Shown piece by piece: positions 49,299 to 61,818 of a DNA stretch of 64,000 bases (positions are counted from its first letter, which is position 1; every line of letters starts with the position of its first letter). Location: positions 192,634,001 to 192,698,000 of the forward strand of contig OX597815.1 of the NCBI GenBank assembly GCA_951406725.2. The letters run 5' to 3'. A program made the position numbers and the translations under genes. This stretch comes from Octopus vulgaris (taxonomy: Eukaryota). The notes below the pieces were generated by a model. The model did no database searches, was not told the DNA's origin, and worked only from the letters and a program-made list of their open reading frames with translations.

Positions 49299-50636
49299 CT
49301 ATATTGCTGTAACTGTCTGTTCAGCGGCAGAAATGGATTGATCTGAATAACACTTCCGTTTATGACGGAGTAAACTGATTTTGTTGAAAAATTTATGACC
49401 ACAGCTTGTGCACTTGTGTGGCTTACACATGTAATGAATGTTCATGTGATCGCGTAAATGTTGTGGACGGGTGAAGCGTTTACTACATATGCAGCAGATA
49501 AATTTGTCGTTTGTTTTCTCATGAACATCCTTCTTGTGCTCATTCAGAGATGATTTCCGAGTGAAATATTTCCCACAAGTTGTGCACAAAAACTGGGAAC
49601 GGTAAATGGCATTCGAACGGCGTCTGCGGGGGAAGTTGTCATTGTCAATGGTAAGGTCAATCGATTCGATAGTTTTAAAAGTGGCTGGAGCTTGTTGAGA
49701 TATAAAATCGTTTATTTTTTCATGCGACACTGTTGGTAATGGAGAAGAAATCTGACTCAATGAGTTCCCTACTTTGTATTTAGACTGATACAATGTAGAT
49801 TTGAGTGATGACCTATTTGGTACCTTCATCATGGTTTGGTTCAATTTGTGAGCTGGAGAAGATAATGGCAATGTGGATTTAATGGATTTTTGAGCACTTA
49901 ATACTTGCGATAAATCTGATATTCCTTGATTGGTTGGGCAATACACAAAATCATCTTTTTTGGGCAAAGTAAGAATATGAGTTCTGTTGGTAATGTCATG
50001 GTTCCTTTCTGCGGTTAATGAAGTTTCAGTGGTAACTGACTCTGATGGTTTAAAATATGGGTTCGAGAATTTTATATTCGGGGATTTCATATCAGTACTT
50101 AACCCCTTAATGTTAAAATTGGATGCTTTTTGATAGGAAAGTCTAAGTGCTTTGTTTAAAGTTTTCCTAAAAACCTTCATTGAGGGACTAGCAGTTCTAC
50201 GGAGAATTAGCTGCCGTGTTAAATTAGAATTGAATGTCGGTGTTGAAATGCTGGATTTGGATTTTGGAGATAAATGTGGTTTAACAGTTGTTTGAGGGTT
50301 TGAGAAAGGAGGTTGAAAAGAACCTGGTGCCGAACAAAACAAATCAGCGTTTGGATTCTTATTCTTTGAGTTATCTTTATGTGAATAAGAAAGATGAATT
50401 TCTGAGCCCTGGTCTTCACAGGCCGAAGTTGATTCTCTCTTGGGGACTATTTGGTGAACCAACTTCACCCCACTCACAACTGACTCTACTGTAGTGGTGT
50501 CTACATGGCCAACCAAGTGTTTCATACTGCTTATGGGCTCCACTTTGGCTATGCTTTGGTCAACAAACTGTCCCACACTACCAACAGGAGTTTTCATGTC
50601 TATAAGAGAAGAAAATGTGTAAATAATTTGTGCCAA
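49299..50636 (-). CDS. Large terminal exon of a C2H2 zinc-finger transcription factor (2 C2H2 + 1 C2HC finger)
   Basis: 445-codon open frame in otherwise stop-rich DNA; fingers CTTCGKYFTRKSSLNEHKKDVH, CCICSKRFTRPQHLRDHMNIH, CTSCGHKFFNKISLLRHKRKC; the frame opens exactly after a polypyrimidine acceptor tttcctttacactttctatag| (AG at 50638-50637), so the TTG start is a splice junction; upstream exons not identified. Confidence 0.9.
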   Translation of the reverse strand: MAQIIYTFSSLIDMKTPVGSVGQFVDQSIAKVEPISSMKHLVGHVDTTTVESVVSGVKLVHQIVPKRESTSACEDQGSEIHLSYSHKDNSKNKNPNADLFCSAPGSFQPPFSNPQTTVKPHLSPKSKSSISTPTFNSNLTRQLILRRTASPSMKVFRKTLNKALRLSYQKASNFNIKGLSTDMKSPNIKFSNPYFKPSESVTTETSLTAERNHDITNRTHILTLPKKDDFVYCPTNQGISDLSQVLSAQKSIKSTLPLSSPAHKLNQTMMKVPNRSSLKSTLYQSKYKVGNSLSQISSPLPTVSHEKINDFISQQAPATFKTIESIDLTIDNDNFPRRRRSNAIYRSQFLCTTCGKYFTRKSSLNEHKKDVHEKTNDKFICCICSKRFTRPQHLRDHMNIHYMCKPHKCTSCGHKFFNKISLLRHKRKCYSDQSISAAEQTVTAI

Positions 50637-52589
50637 CTATAGAAAGTGTAAAGGAAAAACTTACTTAGCTTTATTTAATGTAACATACTTGGGAGTCATT
50701 CATAGAAAACTTAACTTGATTTAACTAGAATGAAATGGGATTATCAGAATATTCTACAGAGAAGTTTATTTGATTTAGAAATTATAATAATAGTAGTAAT
50801 AATAATAATAATAATAGTAATAATAATAATAAAAATAATAATAAAATAATAATAATAGTAATAATTATAATAATAATAATAATAATAATAACAATAATAA
50901 TAATCATAATAATAATAATAATGCTCCTGCTTTGCTTTGACAGATTTCAAAACAAGTAATTATGGAGCTCAATGAAGAATCATCATCATCATCATCATCG
51001 TTGTTGTCATCATCATAGAATAGAAATATAAAATTTATAAAGTGTTCAACGCAAAGTTTATAGGGTCTTAAAAAAGTTGGTTGGTGGGGACACTGGAAAG
51101 CATAGTAATGGAAACATTTGCACAAAATTACAACATCAATTTGCATTTCGCATGAAACTTTCACATTATCCTTATCTTAGAGTTTTGAAGCATCCAACTT
51201 ATAATTCCAGCTGAAGTTTAAAGTAACAGCTGAATACGAGAATGGTTTTTAACTCTCTTCATCTAGATAATGTAAACGTACGTGATATGTGCTTTGTGGT
51301 ACATGCACTCTTCTCATCGATAACAGCTTACGTTTAAAGAGGAGTCTCTCTTATTCGAGGTAATTAAATAAACTCATTCCATCTACTAAAGGCAATTTAA
51401 TTGTGTCTTAGCTTTTTTCTCTTTCATGTTTTTTTAAGTGTATCAAATATAATATTCACAGAGATAGATTTTGAATTAGCAGGGCAGTGCAATTCAAGGA
51501 GAATGTGGTGCAACTCTAACTTACAAGAATATAAAGATGATTATAAAGATATACAAAAATCTTAACTTGGATTTACTAATTGAAAATTGAGATAAATACA
51601 AACTATAAACTGATTATGATTCTTTAGCTCATCATTGCACTGCAGAGCAATTGCGTATGACAATAATCTTAACCAGATTTGTCTCTTATTCTAAATTATT
51701 CAAGTACAAAATGTAGATGCTTGTTTCTTTCTCTCTCTCTCTCTCCACACACACACATACATGCACGCACACGCACACATGTGTCCTAGAAGCATCACTT
51801 CTTTATTCAAACTACTTCAATATTTAATATTTCCCTTTATTTATCAATTTTACATCCATTTAAATTTTATTTTAGCTGGCTGATGTTAGCTTTATTTCAG
51901 ACTCTAAGGAGATAGTGACTTCTTTAGCATAAAGAATTGATCAAATCTTCCACCTATTTTTCTTTCAGCCCCCACCCCCACCCCCTACTGAAATGTTCGC
52001 ACCATTCAAGTAAAGGAGAGACCTGACAATACTGAGTACATTTTTATCAATACCTGAGACCAAGAATTGCTTTCTGAATTCTTTATATATATATATATAT
52101 GCTTTAGTTAAGAAACAGATGTTTCTGTCATTAGTTTATTTTTCTGTCTTTTTGGAGTAATTCACAAAGCTGATAAGCTGATACCAACAAAATTTATATC
52201 TTCCCTCTTCGAAAGCGACACATTTCTTATTCTTAAGAACTAACTCGAGCTGTGTAAGAGTTCTAAAATGTCATTTACAAATTTTAATTACAGTTCTTTG
52301 AAATTTTTAAATTTCTTTTCAGAATTCTAGATAAGAATATTATCCAATATTCAAATAAACAGATTTCTTTTTAAGAGTATATTCCAGTGTATACTAGCGC
52401 TATAAACATTAAAACAAAAATACTGCTAAGTTACATCCAAACTGAAGTCAACAGATTAGCAGAAATCATAGTGTTACAAGATTAAAATCCTTTTAGAATT
52501 TGGTTTAGTCTTTCAAAGTTCTAAGTTCGAAACCTCCTTTGATCAATTTTGCTGGTAACTCAGCTGGTGACAACAGAATAACTACAAAG

Positions 52590-53113
52590 ATTTTCAGACT
52601 AGAAAGGGTATGGCCTGGTCAGCCTGTAATGATATGCATAAGATCTGGTCATCAAATCTAAGTAGAGATTTCAAACTTAAAATCTTCAAAGCCACAGTCG
52701 AACCAATTCTACAATATGGCTCAGAAACCTGGACGTTATCAAAGAAGCTTGAGAGGCAGTTGGATGGAACTTACATTTGCCTCCTTATGAGAGCTCAAAA
52801 TCTCTCGTGGAAGCGTCATCCAACCAAAGTACAAATATATGGGAAATTACCACCTGTATCATCTCTTGTGAAAGGTAGAAGAGTCCAGTTTGCTGGACAT
52901 TGTTGTAGAGCTGAAAACGAGGTAATTTCTACTCTTCTCCCCTGGAAGCCATCTGCTCACTATACCAGAGGGTGCACACTCTCCTGCCCTGATGTAATCT
53001 CCAGGGATACAGGCATCCAGCAACAGGACCTCCGAAATGCTATGATGGATCGTGAAGTCTGGCGTAACATAGTAAATTCCATTGTCTCGACCATGGTCGA
53101 ACAATGATGATGA
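52590..53113 (+). mobile_element. 3' fragment of a third RTE-like LINE
   Basis: AWSACNDMHKIWSS...KLKIFKATVEPILQYGSETWTL...FAGHC...MMDREVWR is a typical post-RT RTE-type region; (TGA)n tail. Confidence 0.85.
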
Positions 53114-53349
53114 TAACTACAAATCATATAACAAGCAGAACTTAATTGACTCTACACATTTGTAGCATAGTAACGATACAAAAACTCATATTTGCAAACT
53201 GCAATTTAAACAATATTTTGTTTGCAGTAATAAACCACCCACTATTTTCTATCAAGATCAGAATTAATATTTACATGATCACTAAATCCTATCTAGGTTC
53301 CATTATATCTCTTCAAAAATAAATAGCATTCTTTTCTAATCTAGTTTTA

Positions 53350-53575
53350 TTTACTCTTTACTCTTTTACTTGTTTCAGTCATTTGACTGTGGCCATGATG
53401 GAGCACCACCTTTAGTCCAGCAAATCGACCCCAGGAATTATTCTTTGTAAGCCTAATACTTATTCTATCGGTCTCTTTTGCCAAACTGCTAAGTTACGGG
53501 GACGTAAACACACCAGCATCGGTTGTCATGCGATGTTGGGGGGAAAAACACACAAACATATACACACACACACAC

Positions 53576-53608
<33 letters not shown>

Positions 53609-53782
53609 TATACATATATACGACGGGTTTCTCTCAGCTTCCGTCTCCCAAATCCACTGACAAGGCTCTGGTTGGCCTGAGGCTATAGTAGAAGGCACTT
53701 GCCCGAGGGGACACGCAGTGGGACTGAACCTGGAACCATGTGGTTGGTAAGCAAGCTACTTACCACACAGCCACTCCTACGT
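53350..53782 (-). mobile_element. SINE A full-length copy
   Basis: Matches family consensus. Confidence 0.9.
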
Positions 53783-56700
53783 CTATTTGTATTTGTAGAA
53801 ATGGAAAGTGATAGAGTCAAATCAAAACTGCTTTTAATGTTTGGAAATTATCATGCTTAAAACTAGGTATGCTTGCTCAGAGATATTTTTTTTTAAAGGC
53901 CCTATCATCCTGCTTTACCATTATCTCCTCTTCATCACCATCTTCCTCCTCAGGATCCCCGATAGTAAAACCAATATCAACACTTTTTCTTATTTCATTA
54001 CACTTTTATTTCTACACTTAACAAAAAATAATTTAGTCTTTTGTAGTTAACTTTTTACTAAGAAAACTATTGCTACTACTACTACTAAAGGATAATGAAT
54101 CTCAGAATCAGTCAACTAACAGATAAAATATTTTGTAGTATTCATGTTCTTTTACATTCAGCTTCCAAATCTTGCTCTCAGATGTATTAAACTTTTGTTT
54201 ATGTTAGACATCACTATTATTAATGGATTAGCTTGCTTTCTTTTTGTTTTTCTTTCAGAGCAAAAACATTACTAATGTATTAGGTTCTCAATTTTGATTA
54301 ACTTATGAGATACAAAGAAGAGTTTTCAAAACAATTGTATTTTACCAAGGTGGAATGGTTGTGATAAGTAAACAATGCAGCATATTTCCATAGAATCATC
54401 TATAGCTAAAAATTTTTTTGCAAAAGAATTTAAAGTTGCTAGTAATTATATGAACCCAGGTGAACAAGATTCTTTGAGGAAACGGTTTATGTTCTAAGTA
54501 GTACAGTTAACTTTTACTTTCAGAAACGAGTTAATGGTAACTTGAAGAAAAGCATTATCTTTTTTTTTTTTATAATTTTTTTTTTCTGTCTTTCTATTTT
54601 TTCTTCTCTGTTTTTTGTTCTTTTGAAGATTTTCATAAAAGAGCAATCTGCTGCATCCATCCTTGAAATAAAATAAAAATTTCTGCTGCAATTTCTCTTA
54701 CAAACTTAACCTCAGTCTGTGATTGATTAAAAGAAAATTAAATTGTTTTACATGCTATTATTTATTAATTCTTTCTAATCATAAGAATGTTTTCAATTAA
54801 AGCGAAGTCCATAAAACTAATTGGGTTGTTGTTGTCTGAAAATTAAATTAAAATGTAGGAGGAAAAAAAAAACTACCCCCCCCCCCCATTAAATGATATT
54901 TTTTCTTTTTATAGATGCACACACACATGTACACACACCGACACTGCTGCAGAACTTCAATTTTATACATTGTCATATTTCAACTAAAAATAGTAAAAAA
55001 ACAAATAAAAACACAAACTGCTTCGTTTGTTGTTGCTTTGCTTTTTCCTTCTTTCTTTTCATTAGCTAATGCAAACACGGGGGGTCAGTACCTATACTTA
55101 TAGGTCATAAATTCTTAAAATCAATGCAAGCCTTTCATTGTCTTTAGAGACGGTTTATTCTTCATGTAACAGTTTAGAGAACACTACGGAGAAAATTACA
55201 GCAAAATGTTATCCTATCCAGAAGATACTTATCTCTCACCTGCCAATCATTGCAGAAACTAGAATAAAACAGACCAAACAGAAGTCACGGTTTATGAATT
55301 TGATGATGATAATAATGTAAGTTATGGTTTATGAATATAAGTGTTATATATAGTAAAAATTATTACAATGGTACAGCAAAATTTTTGTTTGCAATCTCAC
55401 ATGGTCTTGTGCATCGAAAATCAAACCTTTGCTCTTTAGCTGCTATATACAGTATCTTATTTATTCCACCCCCTCTTCTCCTGATATATCACACTTATTA
55501 TATTCAAGATATTTATTTAGATATCTGTTTGGTGAATACGGACGTTCTTAACAATACTTATGGAAATCTTCAGCTCAATAAATAAATCATTTGCAAGTGA
55601 TCTATATATTATCACACAATTATTCCTGAAGTGCACAAAGAACGCAAAACCTCCAAGAGACCTACTGAAGCCCTTTTAGTAAGGTATAAAAGATTTATGA
55701 AACACCTACTCAAGACACACACCCACACACACAAACACAGACATGTATATGCTAATGAAAGAGAAGTTGTGAGACATCCACTTATGTCTGCTTCCAATGA
55801 ATGCAATATATAATAACACAATATCTACCATTTTTCAAAGAAGGCAGCAGTTGTATTAACCTTAAAGGAAGTATAAGAACTCTCAGCTGAGAAGTATCAC
55901 TGAAAGGATAGAAAAGTACATTAATGAAATCAAAGCTTCCTAAACTATTCCTCCTTTTCAAGATTTATACCACAAAAAGTAAATAAAAACTTTTATTATA
56001 AGTACTATTGTTATTGTTATTATTATCATCATCATCATTGTCATCATCATTATTACTTTCTTTTCAATTGTTTCCTGTGAGTTTTCCCAGTATGACCAGG
56101 TGGAATTCTATATTCCTGATGCGTTAGTCTTATTGTTCGCAAGAGAGCTAATTTTCTATGTTATCTTTTGTTTCTCTTAGCCACTGTGATGCTGTATTTA
56201 ATGCTGCTTTTCTTTGGCAGTGTAAACTTTTATGGTATTGCACACTGACTGAATAGAACATGCGCTGAACTAAGTTGTGTTAATGTAACCAGAGAGTGAC
56301 GTGTAGGATGTGTGCTTTACCGTGACGACTACGGCTGTTTTTCAGATCATATATAAAATCGTAAGCCACGGTGTGGTTTATGAATTCTTGTTCATCTTCC
56401 TTATCTTCCTCACACTTAGAAGACTATGTATTATGAGAACTACTTTTTATTCCCATACACAACATATTGCATATTTCCAATTCAATATGCTTGTACTTTG
56501 CTCTGTTTTCAACTTCTTTAGAAGTAGTGTTTTAATCAAAATGGATTAAAATGTCTATCAGAGAGAGCACGGGTTCTCATATTTTGGTCCTTGATTATCA
56601 TATCCGGACAGTTTTCTTTCATCTCCTTGTCAGTTCCAACAACTATTTTCCAGTGTATCTGCTGTTACTTAATACTGCTACTTTTTATATTTATATAGTT

Positions 56701-56793
56701 TGTAATTTGATACAGAAGTCCACACTTAGACGTTACATACACACAAATATGAATATTAGAAGTGAATGTTGTGGCGTGTATGATAAGAGAAAT

Positions 56794-56992
56794 CATTATT
56801 TACATTTGACAGATATCTGTCCTCATCTTGTTTGTTATTAACACAACGTTTTGGCTGATATACCCTCCAACCTTCATCAGGTGTCTGCAAGAAATTTCAA
56901 ATCTAGATTCTCAATCCTAAGGTATTTTTTGATATTGTTGTCATTATTATTATTATTATTATTCAGGTCACTTCTCTGATTCCAAGCAGTGA

Positions 56993-57037
<45 letters not shown>

Positions 57038-57241
57038 TAATAATAATAATAACAACAACAACAACAACAACATCAAAAAATACCTAAGGAATGAGAACCC
57101 AGGTTCAAAATTCCTGCAAGCACCTGATGAAGGCTGGAGAGTATATCAGCTAAACTGTTGTGTTAATAACAAACAAGATGAGGACAGATATCTGTTAAAT
57201 GTAAATAATGTACATAATTCCTCATTTCTTAAATATAGAAC
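56794..57241. mobile_element. Palindromic (head-to-head) dimer of family H1 with a hammerhead on each arm (56840-56885 minus; 57121-57164 plus)
   Basis: Arms cattatttacattt...attcaggtcact / agtgacctgaat...aaatgtaaataatg with a 15-nt loop; cores gacac-CTGATGA-a-GG(C/T)TG..CAGC(C/T)-(A/-)AAA-C(G)T-T-gtgtt, G12 altered in both. Confidence 0.8.
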
Positions 57242-57317
57242 AGTAGCAATCATTTACAACTACCACATGATGTCAAGACAAAAATACACATAAATATATA
57301 TATATATATATATATAT

Positions 57318-57513
57318 ACTCTTTTACTCTTTTACTTGTTTTAGTCATTTGACTGCAGCCATGCTGGAGCGCCGCCTTTAGTCGAGCAAATCGACCTCGG
57401 GACTTATTCTTTGTAAGCCTAGTACTTATTCTATCGGTCTCTTTTGCTGAACCGTTAAGTGACGGGGATGTAAACACACCAGCATCGGTTGTCAAGCAAT
57501 GCTAGGGAGACAA

Positions 57514-57552
<39 letters not shown>

Positions 57553-57716
57553 CGATAGGCTTCTTTCAGTTTCCGTCTACCAAATCCACTCACAAGGCTT
57601 TGATCGGCCCGGGGCTATAGCAGAAGGCACTTGCCCAAGATGCCACGCAGTGGGACTGAACCCGGAACCATGTGGTTGGTTAGCAAGCTACTTACCACAC
57701 AGCCACTCCTGCACCT
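57318..57716 (-). mobile_element. SINE A full-length copy
   Basis: Matches family consensus. Confidence 0.92.
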
Positions 57717-58184
57717 ATATATATATATACACATGTACCCACACACACACACACGCATCTTATAGTCTCTGTCTATCAAATCCACTTCATTAAGAACTCC
57801 ATGTGTATTTCAGTTTGTGTATTGTAATTGTATATTCCTTAAGGATGTTGGAGTTTGTATGCTACACAAATTATATCATCATCAGCATCATCATCATTTT
57901 AAAGTCCACCTCCCATGCTGACATGGGTTGGAGAATTTGAGAGAAGCTGGTAAGCCAGCGGACTGACCCTAGCTTCAGTGTCTGTTTTGCCATGGTTTAT
58001 AAGGCTTGATGCCCTTCCGAATGCCAACCACTTTACAGAGTAGACTCATTTTTATAGAGTGGACTGTAATAATAAAGCACATATCAAGTTGAAAACATTG
58101 GTTCTCAACTGATGAGCAAAATTAAGAAACATTGAGCCTTGTTAGTGCTTCAGAGGGTGATCATATATATATATATATATATAT

Positions 58185-58557
58185 ATCATCATCGTCATCA
58201 TCATCGTTTAGCGTCCGTTTTCCATGCTAGCATGGGTTGGACGGGTCAGCTGGGGTCTGTGAAGCTGGAAGGCTTCGTCAGGCCCAGTCAGATCTGGCAG
58301 TGTTTCTACGGCTGGATGCCCTTCCTAACGCCAACCACTCTGCGAGTGTAGTGGGTGTTTTTTACGTGCCACCTGCACAGGTGCCAGACAGAGCTGGCGA
58401 ACGGCCACGAACGGATGGTGCTTTTACGTGTCACCGGCACGGGGCCAGGCGATGCTGGCAACGGACACGAACGGATGGTGCTTTTACGTGCCACCGACAC
58501 GGGGCCAGACAGAGCTGGCAACCGGCCAAGAGCTGGCAACCGGCCTGAGCTGGCAAC
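58185..58557 (-). mobile_element. RTE LINE 3' UTR copy, near-identical to 22068-22410
   Basis: Sequence identity by eye; (ATG)n tail; inserted in (TA)n. Confidence 0.9.
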
Positions 58558-58579
58558 ATATATATATATATATATATAT

Positions 58580-58795
58580 ATAGTTAATCCAAACATGAAA
58601 GCACAAAAAAACACAACAACGCGAGGATGTGCAACAAATATAGTATTATTGGACGCTCAGGAAAGAAGGAAAGAAAGAGGGTTTAACGTTTCGAGCAAAG
58701 CTCTTCGTCGGAAACATAGGAGAAGGAAAGATCCAGAGAAGGGAAGATAGAGGAAAAAAAATCGCAACGGTACACACGAGGTCACATTTTGAATA
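58580..58795 (-). mobile_element. Family H2 element with hammerhead at 58681-58715 (U4>C)
   Basis: Minus strand: gttt-CCGACGA-a-GAGC ttt GCTC-GAAA-CGT-T-aaac; (TA)n on both sides. Confidence 0.72.
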
Positions 58796-58829
58796 TATAT
58801 ATATATACATACAAACACACACATATATA

Positions 58830-59055
58830 AACAATTGTAGTGTGGAAGGTGTTTACAAGCCATTAAAAAAAAAAAACTGTTAGATTCACTCCAACATTTA
58901 AATTGAATTTGTCAAAATATTTTCGTTGCTTTGAGACTGCAACCTGTTCATTGACAAAATTCCATGCTAGCACCTTATAAACACCTTCCATGCTGCAAGT
59001 GTTTTTGTTTCAGCACACGATCTCAGATTAGGTCACTTGCTATGCAAGTACATCT

Positions 59056-59058
<3 letters not shown>
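58830..59058. mobile_element. Short (TA)n-flanked element with 25-bp inverted repeats and an atypical hammerhead-like fold (58908-58958, minus)
   Basis: ttgtagtgtggaaggtgtttacaag / cttataaacaccttccatgctgcaa; minus strand tttgtc-aATGAACAg-GTTGC..GCAAC-GAAA-ATATTT-T-gacaaa. Confidence 0.5.
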
Positions 59059-59104
<46 letters not shown>

Positions 59105-59479
59105 AATGAAGTCAAGCCAAAATATGATATAGTGACTGCATTAATGCATGTTTCAGATAATTGCACTTCCTCAGTTAAGACATACCAAACTATGAAGCAG
59201 GCTCTGATGAGGCTCTGATGGGGCCTTTCATGGCAAGCCAATCCTAAATCAATTAACATGGAGAGTATAACAAATATTTGAAGTGTTTTTTTTTTTTCTA
59301 TTCGAATCAGGTCAGAAATTCTGGTAACAAGCATTACATCTAAGCATAACACAAATTACACATATACGCATACATGTACAGAAAGGTATATATTTACACA
59401 CATACACACACACAAACACGCACATACATTTACAAAGCTTGGCCCAAAGTAATGCAGAAGTGGACATAACATTTTTTTT

Positions 59480-60710
59480 AATTGATAGAGACCATTCAAG
59501 TTGTATATGATGGTAGAATAACTCTTTTCTCTCTAAAAAGCTATTGTTAAACATAGTTCCTATCACAAGGAATCCATTTGTGGTATTGTTGAAACCAAAT
59601 CTTAAATTTTCTTTATAAAAATTCAGGTGTGTACAGTGGTGTACACTTCTTCACAGCAACTTTTATCATGCCTGTGTCAATAAGTCATTGTGCTCCAAAA
59701 CTATCCTTCATAAGACCAAAAAAAGGTGAAAGTCGGAAAATATGAGATCCAAGCAGTATAATGGACAGGGGGCCACTGACTGACCCTGTTTGCCAGTTGC
59801 CTGATTTGTTGCTAAAGATGTGTTTGGTCATGTACTGCCATGAAGAATTTGGGTTAATTTTGGATTAACTCTCAATCTCTTCCTCCTAACAACATCTCAA
59901 AGCTCTGTGAGTGTCCCAGTGTACCACTCGCTTTTTATGGAACTGCCATTTTCCCAGAAACTCAATGAGAATGATGCACTTGTCAATCAAAAGTAGTCAT
60001 CATGACTTTCTGTTTTATCATTGGTTCTTGGACTTCTTAGGCTATGGAGAAGAGGAGTGACATCATTCTATGGATTGAAGAATTTTCCCAACTCATAAAA
60101 GTACAGCTATGTTTGATCCTTCTCACCAAATCAGGGTAAAACATGTCTCCATTGGCTTCAAATGGTCCCAGCACATCAGAACAGATTTTGACCCTTCTCT
60201 TCTTTCAACCGAGTGTCACCTGTCGAGGTAATTACACTGCACATACTTTCTGATTCCCAAAGTCTTCAGCCATCTTATGTAATACATTCTGACATCATTC
60301 AAGTCACACAGCAAGCTCGCCCATTGTGACTCATCTGTCCTTATGAATCAAGTCATCCATTTGCTGGTGAGCCTTCTCGTGAGTGGCAGTTGATGATCCC
60401 TACTGTTTGCTTTTCTTTCAAGGCTTCTTTCCCCTTCTTTGAAATCCTTTGTCAAACTGTGCACATTGCTCTTGCCAGTAGAACTACCAGTCTAAACAAC
60501 CTGTAGCCTTCTGTAGATGCTGTCAGCCTACACCCTTACTTCATTAAGAATTCAAAGATGGCATGTTGCTTCTACTAGGAACTCATTATTTGCCTGCAAC
60601 AAAGAAAACAGGAAGAAGTGTTACTCTACCAATATGTGCAATGCCAATAACCTATGTCAGTCAAAAAACTAAAAAACTTATGCCTAATTTTGCATTATTT
60701 TTACTATAAC
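59480..60710 (-). mobile_element. Heavily degraded mariner transposon
   Basis: Minus strand relics EDFGNQKVCAV*LPRQVT (cf. LGxRKVCARWVPRxLT) and PLYCLDLIFSDFHLF (cf. PPYSPDLAPSDFHLF); ends approximate. Confidence 0.7.
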
Positions 60711-60752
60711 ACTCATATATCATACACACACACATGCCTGTACATATATATA

Positions 60753-60802
<50 letters not shown>

Positions 60803-60803
<1 letters not shown>

Positions 60804-61198
60804 TCAGAAGAGATTGTCAGAGAATTTCTATGAATTTACAAGCCTTACTTTCTGGCCTCCTAATTACCCCAGTTGTAATCCCATAGATAACTATGTTTGA
60901 GGTACAGTTGAAAAAGACATCAACAGCTCTACTTGCAACACCAGCACTGAGCTAGTAGCCAAGATCAAGGAGCTGTTCGAAGATATTTACAGGGACAAAG
61001 AGATGAACATATACATCAGGTTCTGGGGCCATCTGGGGGTCTGTGGTAGAAGCTGAGGATGGCTACTTACTTTGAGTAAACTATTATATCCAAGCTACAA
61101 TCTAGTTGATATTTTTGGATTTTTAAAATACTTTTATCTTTAGTTGTGTTTTGTTTTCCTTTTACACAAACTGTCACATGTAGCCCAGACATCCTGTA
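60803..61198 (+). mobile_element. 3' fragment of a Tc1/mariner-superfamily (maT/DD37D-like) transposon
   Basis: FWPPNYPSCNPIDNYV*GTVEK...ELVAKIKELFEDI (cf. WPPNSPDLNPLDYYVWG). Confidence 0.7.
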
Positions 61199-61567
61199 CA
61201 TATATTAGAAGAAATAAGGATAAACACAAGTTCCTACATGTGTTTCACCATGTTGATTGTTTGGAGCCCTACAATAGGTGTATGTATATAATATATGTAT
61301 ATCTAACAATGGGTTTAATCCCACAGCTTAACACTTTGGGTATCTTCTACTATAGCCCAGAGAATGCTCTGATTGAGCTAAGTGGAGAATATCTCAAAAT
61401 AAGAAATCAGCTCATGACAACCCCTCCAGCCATGCCAGCATGAAAAAGTGGTCCGAAAATATGATGATGACGATGATGATGATGGTGATGACTCATATGC
61501 ATGTAACTGCGTATATATCTATGTATAGCATGTGTATATACTTATATATATATCTGCAAATGTACAA

Positions 61568-61818
61568 ATCATCATCATCATCGTTTAACGTCCGCTTTCC
61601 ATGCTAGCATGGGTTGGACGGTTCAACTGGGGTCTGGGAAGCCAGAAGGCTGCGCCAGGCTCAAGTCTGATCTGGCAGTGTTTCTACAGCTGGATGCCCT
61701 TCCTAACGCCAACCACTCCGTGAGTGTAGTGGGTGCTTTTTACGTGCCACCGGCACAGGTGCCAGATGAGGATGGCAAACGGCCACGATCGGATGGTGCT
61801 TTTTACGTGCCACCGGCA
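61568..61818 (-). mobile_element. RTE LINE 3' end with ~1.3 minisatellite units
   Basis: Same family as 22068-23512. Confidence 0.88.

Noticed and set aside
50744-51164. ORFs just upstream of the zinc-finger exon as possible preceding exons
   Set aside because: Driven by (TAA)n/(CAT)n repeats; no convincing donor site or domain
59205-59235. CTGATGA followed by a small hairpin
   Set aside because: No GAAA or UH downstream; it is a short local duplication (ggctctgatg x2)
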